Shown: positions 31,701 to 40,803 of the stretch, in pieces
Numbering within the stretch: position 1 is the first letter of the stretch
Layout: the number at the start of each line of letters is the position of its first letter
The notes under the pieces: model-generated
The model's database searches: none
Told to the model about the DNA's origin: nothing
Seen by the model: only the letters and a program-made list of their open reading frames with translations
Origin: a virus
Taxonomy: Duplodnaviria; Caudoviricetes
Length of the DNA: 53,051 nt
Direction: 5' to 3' (one strand)
Virus record (IMG/VR): IMGVR_UViG_3300021368_002465
Span: 1 to 53,051 of that record
Made by a program: the position numbers and the translations under genes

Positions 31701-31917
31701 CTACTCAGTTATACTCCATCAACAGATTTTTGAAATGTGTTATTATGGTAATGGATTTACTCAAGAAGGAGTTTACAGATTACCGATACATATTAGGAGA
31801 TTTTACTACAAACAACTTTCTGATACAAAGAAGAAAGAATCAGATGATGTAAAGAAATCTCAAAGACAACAAGGAGGTTCTTCCCCAAAAGGACCAAATG
31901 TAAGAGTGAGGAAATAA
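31684..31917 (+). CDS. Second chaperone ORF (T4 gp51-like), probably reached by frameshift from the upstream gene
   Basis: LHQQIFEMCYYGNGFT..VY.LPI..RRFY in the +1 frame, overlapping the end of the upstream gene at GGG-TTTTTTT-GG. Confidence 0.6.
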   Translation, partial: FGLPSNYSVILHQQIFEMCYYGNGFTQEGVYRLPIHIRRFYYKQLSDTKKKESDDVKKSQRQQGGSSPKGPNVRVRK

Positions 31918-31934
31918 TTTCCTCACTTTTTTTA
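31905..31934 (+). terminator. Intrinsic terminator
   Basis: AGTGAGGAAA-TAA-TTTCCTCACT followed by a T-run. Confidence 0.85.
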
Positions 31935-31970
31935 TGCTCTATATTTATAGTAGTATAATTGGAGATTAAT

Positions 31971-32210
31971 ATGAAGATAACTAAAAAACAATTAAGAGAA
32001 CTTAAATCTAAGCCTTATTTTCAGAACGAAGGTTTTATATCAAGACTATTTGCTAGAAAACTTGGAAAATTATTAAAAAAAGATAATGATTTCAAAAAGG
32101 CAGTAGATAATTTAGATAACTCAATGGAAAACTTAAGAAAGCAAATAATTGATGCAGAAAAAAATGGTATCAAGATTCCACCTGGAATGAAAAAATATGC
32201 TGGAATGTAA
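31971..32210 (+). CDS. Small basic hypothetical protein
   Basis: GGAG 6 nt before ATG 31971; late motif at 31942. Confidence 0.6.
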   Translation: MKITKKQLRELKSKPYFQNEGFISRLFARKLGKLLKKDNDFKKAVDNLDNSMENLRKQIIDAEKNGIKIPPGMKKYAGM

Positions 32211-32213
32211 TAA

Positions 32214-34637
32214 ATGGCAAAGAATAAAGCACAGTTAGAGAAAGAGTATCAAGATGCTCTAAAAATATCATCTTCTATGGTTAGTGACTTAACTAAACTA
32301 TTAGATGAGAATACTAGTGCCACAAACAAAAAAACAAAAGCAGAGAAAGGTTATCAAAAATCTCTAAAACAAATGTTAGAAGATAGTGATAAGGCATCTA
32401 GTATTCAAGACCGTATTGCTAGTATAGAACAACAAAAAGAAAAGTTTGCTAAAAATTACTTTGGTAAAAATAAACAAATTGGTCAATTAGCAATTGCAAA
32501 TCTAAATGTAGAACAAGATAAATTAAAAACTCTTGATATTGTTGACCAAAAAGCTAATGGACTTGCAGATAAACTAAGTTCAGGTCTTGATGGAATGCAA
32601 TCTAGCTTAAAAAGTATCCCAGTCTTGGGAGGATTATTAGATAGTGTTACCAAAGGCCCTCTTGAGGGAATGAAAAGTGCTATTTCTGATTCTGCAAAAA
32701 GATTTGTTACCGGATTTGGTGAAGCCGCTAAAGGTGGTAAAGCTGGTATAATGGGATTTGTTAAATCTTCAATAGGAGGATTTAGAGCAATGGGTATTGC
32801 AATGTTAACAGGTCCTCAAGCAATTATATTTGGATTACTTGCAATAATAGCCGCAGGTGTTAAGGCCTTTGCAAACATGGAGGCTAGTGCAAAAGCATTT
32901 AGGGATGAGACTGGATTACTAAATTCTCAAACCCAACAAATGCAAACCAACATCAATTCTGTTTATATGGAAACTGTTGGATTGGGTGCATCGATGGAAG
33001 ATGTTGCTAAAGCAGCAGCTGATTTCACAAACGAATTTGGTGGTATTGAACAACCCGCTAAGAATACAATGAAATCCATGATGGTTCTTAGTAAGAACTT
33101 TGGAGTTTCAACACAAGATGCCGCAAAATTAAATAAAGCATTCCAAAATATGGGAGGATTGAGTGAAGAAGTTGCTCAATCTAATTTAGAATCCCTTACC
33201 TCATTAGCGGCTCAAGAAGGAGTTGCTCCGAGTAAAGTGATGGCTGATATTGCTGATTCTGCTGAAGATGCAAATGGATTCTTTAGAGGAAATGTAGAAG
33301 CGATGGGAGCTGCGGCAATAAATGCTGCAAAATTAGGTACATCTCTTAAAAAGGCAGTAGAGGTTTCTAAAGGTTTATTAGATTATCAAAATTCAATTGG
33401 TGGTGAAATGGAAGCTAGTGCTATCCTAGGTACTAACTTAAACTTTTCACAATCTCGTTATCTTGCGGCTCAAGGTGATGTAGTTGGTGCACAAGCCTCG
33501 ATGGTAGAACAACTTAGAAATCAAGTTGATTTACAGAATCTAAGTATATTTGAACAAGAGGCTCTTGAAAAAGCAACTGGTATGACAGTTGGTGAAATGC
33601 AGAACATGGCTAGAATCCAAGAACTAGGATTAAGTACAGAAGGTGAAAGAGGAAAACTTTTACAAAAAGCACTTAAAGCTGGAATGGATATCTCTAAGAT
33701 GAGTAAAGAAGAGATTAATGCAGCAACTGATAAATTAGCATTAGAAGAAGAAAGACAAGGTAGATTAGAATCAATGGGTAATCAATTATCTGCAATGGGT
33801 TCTCAAATACTACAAATGTTTTTACCTATTGGTGAACTTTTAATAGGAGCTATATCATTTGTAATGCCACTTATCAAAGGAATATTCGGAACAGTTTCAG
33901 TTGCTATTAAAAACCTTATTAAGGCATTTGACCCAATCAAAACAATATTTAATGATATTTTTGGAGGAGAAAGTGGAGAAGCTGTAGATGGAATTAAGAA
34001 AACGTTTGAAGTTATTGGTAACATAATTGGAGGAGTTCTTACAGTTGGAATTAATTTATTTGCCAACTCAATCAAAGCAGTATCTAATGTTATAAGTGGA
34101 ATATACGATATATTCAAAGGATTGATGAATGGAAACTTTGACCAGGTAAAAGAAGGTTTATTTTCATTAGGTGAGGGTATCTTAAGATTCTTTACAGCAA
34201 TACCAATGGCTTTATTAGATACATTTGGAAACGTATTTACTGCTGTTAGAGAATCTCTTAGTGGAATGTTTACTGGTCTTAAAGAAAAAATACTTAATAT
34301 ATTACCTAATTGGGCATTAAAATTACTTGGTAAAAGTGGAGGAGCTGAAACACAAGAAGCAGCAATGGAAACTAAAGTTAATGATGCGGTAATTGGTCCA
34401 AGTGGAGATGTAATATCAACATCACCTCAAGATTACTTAATTGCAACACAAGACCCACAATCACTTGCAGGAGGTGGTACTGTATCAATGGAAGGAGTTA
34501 TTGCTGAACTAAAAGAACTAAAAGCGGCTTTTGTATCAAATAAAGATGTTTATATAGATAATGAAAAAATTACCTCTCGTATCACCAAAACACAAGAGAA
34601 AAGTAATATTAACCAATTTGGATTAATGGGAGCTTAA
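32214..34637 (+). CDS. Tape measure protein
   Basis: Long Ala/Gly-rich helical protein with hydrophobic segments, located after chaperones and before baseplate genes. Confidence 0.8.
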   Translation: MAKNKAQLEKEYQDALKISSSMVSDLTKLLDENTSATNKKTKAEKGYQKSLKQMLEDSDKASSIQDRIASIEQQKEKFAKNYFGKNKQIGQLAIANLNVEQDKLKTLDIVDQKANGLADKLSSGLDGMQSSLKSIPVLGGLLDSVTKGPLEGMKSAISDSAKRFVTGFGEAAKGGKAGIMGFVKSSIGGFRAMGIAMLTGPQAIIFGLLAIIAAGVKAFANMEASAKAFRDETGLLNSQTQQMQTNINSVYMETVGLGASMEDVAKAAADFTNEFGGIEQPAKNTMKSMMVLSKNFGVSTQDAAKLNKAFQNMGGLSEEVAQSNLESLTSLAAQEGVAPSKVMADIADSAEDANGFFRGNVEAMGAAAINAAKLGTSLKKAVEVSKGLLDYQNSIGGEMEASAILGTNLNFSQSRYLAAQGDVVGAQASMVEQLRNQVDLQNLSIFEQEALEKATGMTVGEMQNMARIQELGLSTEGERGKLLQKALKAGMDISKMSKEEINAATDKLALEEERQGRLESMGNQLSAMGSQILQMFLPIGELLIGAISFVMPLIKGIFGTVSVAIKNLIKAFDPIKTIFNDIFGGESGEAVDGIKKTFEVIGNIIGGVLTVGINLFANSIKAVSNVISGIYDIFKGLMNGNFDQVKEGLFSLGEGILRFFTAIPMALLDTFGNVFTAVRESLSGMFTGLKEKILNILPNWALKLLGKSGGAETQEAAMETKVNDAVIGPSGDVISTSPQDYLIATQDPQSLAGGGTVSMEGVIAELKELKAAFVSNKDVYIDNEKITSRITKTQEKSNINQFGLMGA

Positions 34638-34640
34638 TAT

Positions 34641-36338
34641 ATGCCAACACTATTAGAACTTTTTAAGAATAAAGATTCGTTCAAGTATGGAACAGCTTAC
34701 TCTGAAGTAAAATCTGATACTGAAACTCTTGTAGAACAAGAAACAACTGGTATTAGAATTAAATCTTTGGTAGAGATTAATAATCCTCTTATTTATGGAA
34801 ATGAAGCTGGTAGAATATCATTAAGAAGTACACCTGATTTAGAAAAAATGAAATCTAATACAGGTGGTGAAGGTGGAGATGGTGGATTAATCGGAAAAGG
34901 TTTAAGTAAAATTACTGGTGGAGCTGTATCCTCAATTTCTGATGTTAGAGATAAAATAAACTCTAAGTTAGGTATACCAGAAAACTTAATACCAACAAAA
35001 GTATCTGATAAAGTAATTGAATTAAGAGGTAAAGAACTAACGTCTGCAGACCCAATAACACCTGATACTATGGGTAAAAATGGAACTGGTCTTGGTAAGT
35101 TCTTAAAAAATAGTGGTGGTGGTAACCCTAAAACAATTGGAAAACAAGCTTTAGGTAATGGTATTGGATTTGCAAAAGATAAACTTAGAGGAGCTTTATT
35201 TGGAGAAGCACAAGGTTTAGGAGATGCACAAAGTACAAAAGAACCTCAAGTTAATTATACGACTAGTAAAAAGGGAGAAACATATTCTGACCAAAAAGAA
35301 TCTGTTAAAAATGCTAAAGGTGATGAATTATTAAAAGAATTAAAAGAAACTAAATTAGATTTATCTAAAGTATCACCTATATATGGAGTAGAAAGAAAGG
35401 CAAGTGGTAATAAACAAAAAGGAACATTTGGTATAGGAAACAATCCATTTTCATTTGATTCTGCTAATCCAAAAAAAGGAGAAAAATTACCAACATTTAC
35501 ACCAAAAGATGGAGAAGGATATTCTGATTTTATAAAAGATAGTGATGATAAAGTAACATTAGCTCAAAGAGGTATTTCAAATAGTGGTGATGTTATCGCA
35601 ATGGGTGACCCATACACTACCACAGTAAATACTGAAAATGGGGAAGTAACAGTTGAAGGATTTTCACCAGTAAAAGATTTAATACCACTATTCATTGGTA
35701 GATATAAATCAACAACATATCCAATGATGGCATTTAGATGTTCAATTACAGGTCTAACTGAAACTTCTTCACCATCTTGGGCATCAAATAACTTTGTTGG
35801 TAATCCATACAAATATTATATCTTTGAAACAGTAGAAAGAAGTGTATCTTTTAATTTACAAGTATATGCACAAAATCCATTAGAACTTGCAAATAACTGG
35901 TCTAAACTATCGAACTTAACCAAATTATCATATCCTTTGATTGAAAACAATATGGCTCATCCTAACTTTACAGAATTTACTCTTGGAGATATGTATAGAG
36001 AAAAAGTATGTATCCTAGAAGCACTTACATATACATTTCCTGATAATGGGACATGGGAAATTGATACAGAAGGATTACTATTACCAAAATTCATTGATGT
36101 TGCTTTAACACTTAAATTTGTTGAGAATATAGAAGATGGTTCGGTAAGAGGATTATATTCATATCCAAAAAATCTTTCTAGTGAAGGTGAGGTTAGTTCA
36201 CAACATGAAATTTATTCACAACCAAATAAAATAGAATATTTTGTAACTGATGAAAATGGTGAATTAAAATCATCAAGTAAAAATAATTACATTGATGCAG
36301 GTGTAGGAGTTAGAAAAACAATAAAGATTAAAAATTAA
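34641..36338 (+). CDS. Baseplate / tail-tube initiator-like protein
   Basis: C-terminal FR..ITGL.E..SPSW..GNP..Y....ERSVSF..LGDMY..LP..IDV tube-like domain; position after tape measure. Confidence 0.55.
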   Translation: MPTLLELFKNKDSFKYGTAYSEVKSDTETLVEQETTGIRIKSLVEINNPLIYGNEAGRISLRSTPDLEKMKSNTGGEGGDGGLIGKGLSKITGGAVSSISDVRDKINSKLGIPENLIPTKVSDKVIELRGKELTSADPITPDTMGKNGTGLGKFLKNSGGGNPKTIGKQALGNGIGFAKDKLRGALFGEAQGLGDAQSTKEPQVNYTTSKKGETYSDQKESVKNAKGDELLKELKETKLDLSKVSPIYGVERKASGNKQKGTFGIGNNPFSFDSANPKKGEKLPTFTPKDGEGYSDFIKDSDDKVTLAQRGISNSGDVIAMGDPYTTTVNTENGEVTVEGFSPVKDLIPLFIGRYKSTTYPMMAFRCSITGLTETSSPSWASNNFVGNPYKYYIFETVERSVSFNLQVYAQNPLELANNWSKLSNLTKLSYPLIENNMAHPNFTEFTLGDMYREKVCILEALTYTFPDNGTWEIDTEGLLLPKFIDVALTLKFVENIEDGSVRGLYSYPKNLSSEGEVSSQHEIYSQPNKIEYFVTDENGELKSSSKNNYIDAGVGVRKTIKIKN

Positions 36339-36340
36339 TT

Positions 36341-36634
36341 ATGGCAGGTAGATACACATTTAATCCAAAAAAGAAATTATCAGATGGTAGAGAAGTTTAT
36401 GTTTCTAAAAAACTTCCAAAAATACCAAAAACTGATAATGATATCTATGTAGCAGTTCAAACAGGAGATAGATTAGATTCGATTGCACAAGAATATCTTG
36501 GAGATGCTTCTCTATGGTGGGTTATTGCAAATGCTAATCAAATTCACGATGCACCATTTTCATTACCAGATGGAACTGTTCTTAGAATACCTGCTAATAT
36601 AGACGGATTTTTAAGTCAAGTAGATAATAGGTAA
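36341..36634 (+). CDS. LysM-like baseplate protein (gp53/tail X-like)
   Basis: GDRLDSIAQEYLGDASLWWVIANAN..G..LRIP. Confidence 0.85.
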   Translation: MAGRYTFNPKKKLSDGREVYVSKKLPKIPKTDNDIYVAVQTGDRLDSIAQEYLGDASLWWVIANANQIHDAPFSLPDGTVLRIPANIDGFLSQVDNR

Positions 36635-36638
36635 TAAT

Positions 36639-39227
36639 ATGGGTAACTGGCCACAATTTTCATATCCTTATAGTGGGATACAAACTAAATTAGATACATG
36701 GGGTGGAAACAACTCACCAATGCCATATGCAAGTGGTAGAGGTGGTGTTAGTGGTTTAATGCCTTGGGTACGAGTAATCTCATCATATGGTGCAACTACA
36801 CCAGAATCTTCAAAAAATGGACTTATAATGCAATCTAATTATCCTGAAGATGGATTCAATATTAGATATGGAAATGGTTCTACTGGTCAAAGTGGTGAAT
36901 CTGGTATTTGTGGATTTGAATTGGATTATGAAACACCAGTTAGAGTACCAGGTAGACCAACACGACCTGCACCTATTATTAGTGGGTTATCTGTAAGTGA
37001 AGTAGATGTGGGTAGAAAAACCACAAACTTTTCAATCACTTGTTATACATTAGAACATATGGAAAAACTGGCTAAATATTTTTTAGAACCAGGTTTTTAT
37101 GTTTTAGTAGAATGGGGATGGAATACTCGTGATGCGAGAAAAAATTGGTGTGGAGACCCAAATACAGGTGCGATAACACCTTGTATGATGGCAAAGTATA
37201 TAAATCAAAAATATCTTTTACAAAAAAGAATAAGTTCTAATTTTGAATATGATGCAACTCTTGGTTTAACTACAAATGGGGGTGTTAAGTTTGGAGATAA
37301 TGAAACATTTATATTAGATATACAACTAACTTCTCAAGGTGAGGTTGCTGAGTATATGCAAGGTCATAAAGGAGGTAGTTCTAATAGTACTAAAAATATA
37401 TCATCTGAAAGATATGACCCAGCGGAAATAGATGATTCAGCTTCTAAAGATGGAGTTGCAAAAGCACTATTTAGGCAAATGTTTAATGATTTGAATTCAG
37501 AAAAACAAACAACTGAAATTAAATCTTGGGAATCTCAAAACATTTCAGATAAGAAAAAAGATTATGCATTTATAGAATATGGTAAAGCAAATGCTGATAA
37601 TCTATGGGCAGATGAATCTAACTATATTAATATTGATAAAGTTATGCAAACATCAATATTAAAGGCGCTCAAAGATAAAAAAAGTGTAAAGGCAACTAAG
37701 GAAAAAACAGGTAGTGATTTTGAGATGCCAGAAGATAAACCATTACTATCAACCGAAAGATTTATTAGATTCGAACTTGCTTGTGCAATAATGAATGAAG
37801 ATTTTACTGAAAAATCTAGTAAAGCTGAAGGTTCTCTTAACTCTTCTTGTAGTAATGAAAAGGTTAGTCACATAGTTAATATAGATACTTGTATTTGTGG
37901 TGCATTTCCACATATGTATTCTCTTGATAAAAATATATTATATCTACCAAACCCAACAGCACCTTCTTTTAATATAGATAACGCTTTCAATGGAGAAACT
38001 ACTGAAGTTAAGTTTGTTGATTTAGAAAACTTAGATTCTAATTTACAAAACTTACACCCTAAACCAACTGATGGTATAAGTTGGAGTGGAACAAGAAAGA
38101 AAAATAATGATGGTTTTGGTGGAGCACCCCATGCCTTTCCTTGTCAATACGATTTAACTACTGATGATAATAAATGGGAATACGACCCTCAAAGCTCTGT
38201 TAAGAGTTATGAAATGAAAAAAGGATATTGGGGATGGTTAAAAAATATGTACATAAATTTTGATTACTTTAACAAAGTAATGAAAACCCCAAACTATACA
38301 ATAAGAGATGTTCTATATGATTTACTAAATGGTATGAGTTCCGCTGTTAATTCCCATTGGAAATTTCAGATTATAGAAAGAGCACATCCAAATACAGGAA
38401 AAACAGAATTACAAGTAGTTGATATGAATTTTAGTGGTATAATAAATCATAATGAAGATAAAATACCAACTTATCAATTAAGAGGAACAACTTCACCATT
38501 CATCGAAGTTGATTTTGATGTTACTACTCCAGCGGCAATGCAGAATAGTATATTACAAAAAAGAGCAAGTAATGATAAAAATGCGGAAACTATACAAGAG
38601 TTTGGAGGATTGATACCAGTTGTGGGTTCAGTATGGTCTAATCCTGATGCAGCAGATAATGATGGTATTACACCAGTTGATATGGTAGGTACGATAGTAA
38701 GTGGTATAAAATTCAAAGAACCTCAAAAACCTAATGAAACAACTAATGCTAGTGAAACTCAAGAAAAGGATGCCGATGCTATTAGAAGTTCTAATTATCA
38801 ATTTTTTACAAACAAAGCGGGTGTTTATCCTAAAGTACAAAATAGAAATGATATGGCAGGTATTGTTGAAGAGTTAAATGATGGAAATGTTAAAGAAGTT
38901 TTTATGGTTGGTACTTTTAATGACCCATTATTATTAAGACAAATATACTTAAAAGATATAGATGCTGAGGGTTGGAGAGATATCACTTCACAAAATGGAG
39001 GTAAGGTAAATACTCCATTTGGTATGGCAAAAGTAAACTTTAAGGTTCATGGAATTAGTGGATTCAAACGAGGTGATACTTTAAGATTTGCTGGTTTACC
39101 TAAAAACTTTTCAAATCCTCATGTATATGAAGTTACAGGTTTAGAACATGAAATAACAACAACAGGTTGGTACACTATGGTACAAACAGGTATGAGAGCC
39201 TATGGTTCAAACACAGCGGCAAGATAA
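36639..39227 (+). CDS. Baseplate hub-like protein
   Basis: FLEPG..V.VEWGW near N-terminus; C-terminal GISG...GD.....LP....YEVT...HEI...GW.T typical of hub proteins. Confidence 0.55.
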   Translation: MGNWPQFSYPYSGIQTKLDTWGGNNSPMPYASGRGGVSGLMPWVRVISSYGATTPESSKNGLIMQSNYPEDGFNIRYGNGSTGQSGESGICGFELDYETPVRVPGRPTRPAPIISGLSVSEVDVGRKTTNFSITCYTLEHMEKLAKYFLEPGFYVLVEWGWNTRDARKNWCGDPNTGAITPCMMAKYINQKYLLQKRISSNFEYDATLGLTTNGGVKFGDNETFILDIQLTSQGEVAEYMQGHKGGSSNSTKNISSERYDPAEIDDSASKDGVAKALFRQMFNDLNSEKQTTEIKSWESQNISDKKKDYAFIEYGKANADNLWADESNYINIDKVMQTSILKALKDKKSVKATKEKTGSDFEMPEDKPLLSTERFIRFELACAIMNEDFTEKSSKAEGSLNSSCSNEKVSHIVNIDTCICGAFPHMYSLDKNILYLPNPTAPSFNIDNAFNGETTEVKFVDLENLDSNLQNLHPKPTDGISWSGTRKKNNDGFGGAPHAFPCQYDLTTDDNKWEYDPQSSVKSYEMKKGYWGWLKNMYINFDYFNKVMKTPNYTIRDVLYDLLNGMSSAVNSHWKFQIIERAHPNTGKTELQVVDMNFSGIINHNEDKIPTYQLRGTTSPFIEVDFDVTTPAAMQNSILQKRASNDKNAETIQEFGGLIPVVGSVWSNPDAADNDGITPVDMVGTIVSGIKFKEPQKPNETTNASETQEKDADAIRSSNYQFFTNKAGVYPKVQNRNDMAGIVEELNDGNVKEVFMVGTFNDPLLLRQIYLKDIDAEGWRDITSQNGGKVNTPFGMAKVNFKVHGISGFKRGDTLRFAGLPKNFSNPHVYEVTGLEHEITTTGWYTMVQTGMRAYGSNTAAR

Positions 39228-39228
39228 G

Positions 39229-39621
39229 ATGGGTATATTAGATTCATATGGTAAATTAAAAAAGGGTAACAAACCAAGAACAAAGGTTACTCTATCCGCA
39301 TATGTCCCAAAACCAAAAGCCTCTGATTATAAAAGAGGATATATTAGAAGATTCTTTGCACAACCAACAAATGATAAACTTGGAGTGGTAACTGAAATAT
39401 CAGGAGATGATTATATAAGAATATCAACTTCTTCTTTATATAGAGCAGTTACTTTAAGATGGAGAATAAAAGGACCATTAAAAATGACTTTCAAAGATGA
39501 TGGTACTATTGCTGATAGGGGAGTTTCTGAATCAAATAGAATAGCCTTAGATTTAGTTTCAAAGGATATGCCTGGTATCAAACTTTATATACTACATCTT
39601 CTACAATTTTACAAAAAATAA
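39229..39621 (+). CDS. Hypothetical phage protein
   Basis: P.P...DY.RGYI.RFF motif; ATG at 39229 directly follows the previous stop. Confidence 0.6.
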   Translation: MGILDSYGKLKKGNKPRTKVTLSAYVPKPKASDYKRGYIRRFFAQPTNDKLGVVTEISGDDYIRISTSSLYRAVTLRWRIKGPLKMTFKDDGTIADRGVSESNRIALDLVSKDMPGIKLYILHLLQFYKK

Positions 39622-39629
39622 TTCACTTT

Positions 39630-39665
39630 TTGCTTGGATTTCTCATTATTTTTTCGTATATTTAC
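39630..39665 (+). promoter_or_regulatory. Bacteroidota-type sigma70 (early) promoter
   Basis: TTG (39634) - 20 nt - TATATTTA, resembling -33 TTTG / -7 TAnnTTTG. Confidence 0.75.
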
Positions 39666-39683
39666 TATGTAAATAACTGATAT

Positions 39684-39914
39684 ATGAGAAATAAAATAAG
39701 CTTTGAAACCCTAACTAAAATCAACGAAACATTTGGTGAATTTGAAATTGGACAAACCTTTGGTGGTGGTAATCCTGTTTATTTAAGATTTGGATATTGG
39801 AAACAAGTTGATGTAAAAAAACTCAATGAAATATTAAATCCAATCAATGAGGTTGTTGAAGAAAAGTGGGATGATGATGATTGTGGATGGCAATATAGTT
39901 ACAAAATAATGTAG
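39684..39914 (+). CDS. Small hypothetical early protein
   Basis: ORF directly downstream of an early-type promoter. Confidence 0.65.
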   Translation: MRNKISFETLTKINETFGEFEIGQTFGGGNPVYLRFGYWKQVDVKKLNEILNPINEVVEEKWDDDDCGWQYSYKIM

Positions 39915-39917
39915 TTT

Positions 39918-39953
39918 TTGCTTGGCAGTCTCGGCTTTTTTTCGTATATTTAC
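39918..39953 (+). promoter_or_regulatory. Bacteroidota-type sigma70 (early) promoter
   Basis: TTG (39922) - 20 nt - TATATTTA; shares 26 identical nt (ttttttcgtatatttactatgtaaat) with the promoter at 39630. Confidence 0.75.
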
Positions 39954-39999
39954 TATGTAAATGAGTGATAATAAAACAATAAAATTAAACCTTAAAACT

Positions 40000-40581
40000 A
40001 TGAGTAAAAAATTCAAATTTTCAATTAAAGGAACTGAGTTCCAATTACCCCTTTCTCAAGTACAAGAAGATTCGTACAACAACAATGAGAAATATATCTA
40101 CATGAACGCTAAATCAGCGGCTTCAATAATCAAACAATTTGTTAAACAAAATTATCCTGAACTTAAAGTATGGGCTACTTCTGATGTTTATAGTGGTGGT
40201 TCTTCTGTAAGAGTTAATGTTTCTGAAAAAGATGGTTCACCAGTTGATTCAACTATCTTTGATAAAATCCAAGAATGGGAATATATGTTGAAAGGTGGTT
40301 CTTTCAATGGTATGATTGATATGTACGAAAGTAGAGAAGATAAACCTACTACTGATAATGGTACTCCAATGAAGTATTTCCCTTCTTACATCTTTATTGA
40401 GAATAAACCTAAGTGGGATTCAATTGAATATTGGATATCTCAATGGAATGAGTACCAAGTTAACATAGATGCTGAATGGACTGAAAAAATCCAAAGATTG
40501 GGTGGTTGGTTAGAATATAACAAACAATTCATGAACAAGAAGATTGTTGATAAAGTTGCTAGTTTAACTGTAAATGCTTAA
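40000..40581 (+). CDS. LPD29-like (large polyvalent protein-associated domain) protein
   Basis: A..IKQFVK..YP..KV...S..YSGGSSVRV and FNGM.D.Y match my recollection of LPD29. ATG 40000 preferred because 39961 abuts the promoter. Confidence 0.6.
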   Translation: MSKKFKFSIKGTEFQLPLSQVQEDSYNNNEKYIYMNAKSAASIIKQFVKQNYPELKVWATSDVYSGGSSVRVNVSEKDGSPVDSTIFDKIQEWEYMLKGGSFNGMIDMYESREDKPTTDNGTPMKYFPSYIFIENKPKWDSIEYWISQWNEYQVNIDAEWTEKIQRLGGWLEYNKQFMNKKIVDKVASLTVNA

Positions 40582-40584
40582 AAT

Positions 40585-40803
40585 ATGAAAACACTATTAG
40601 AAAGATTAAAACCAGAAATAAAAACAACCTTGTTAGATGAACAAGAAAAATACCCAAATACTGTTGGTGAGTTACTAGAAGTTCTTGGAGAAGAAGTAGC
40701 AGTTACTCAATTAACATTGAAAAATATTAATAACTTAAGTGACTTTTCACCAAATAGAGTTAGTACTATTTTAGAAATTTACGATATGTTCGATGAAATA
40801 TAA
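40585..40803 (+). CDS. Small hypothetical protein
   Basis: MKTLLERLKPE..; tightly packed in operon. Confidence 0.65.
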   Translation: MKTLLERLKPEIKTTLLDEQEKYPNTVGELLEVLGEEVAVTQLTLKNINNLSDFSPNRVSTILEIYDMFDEI

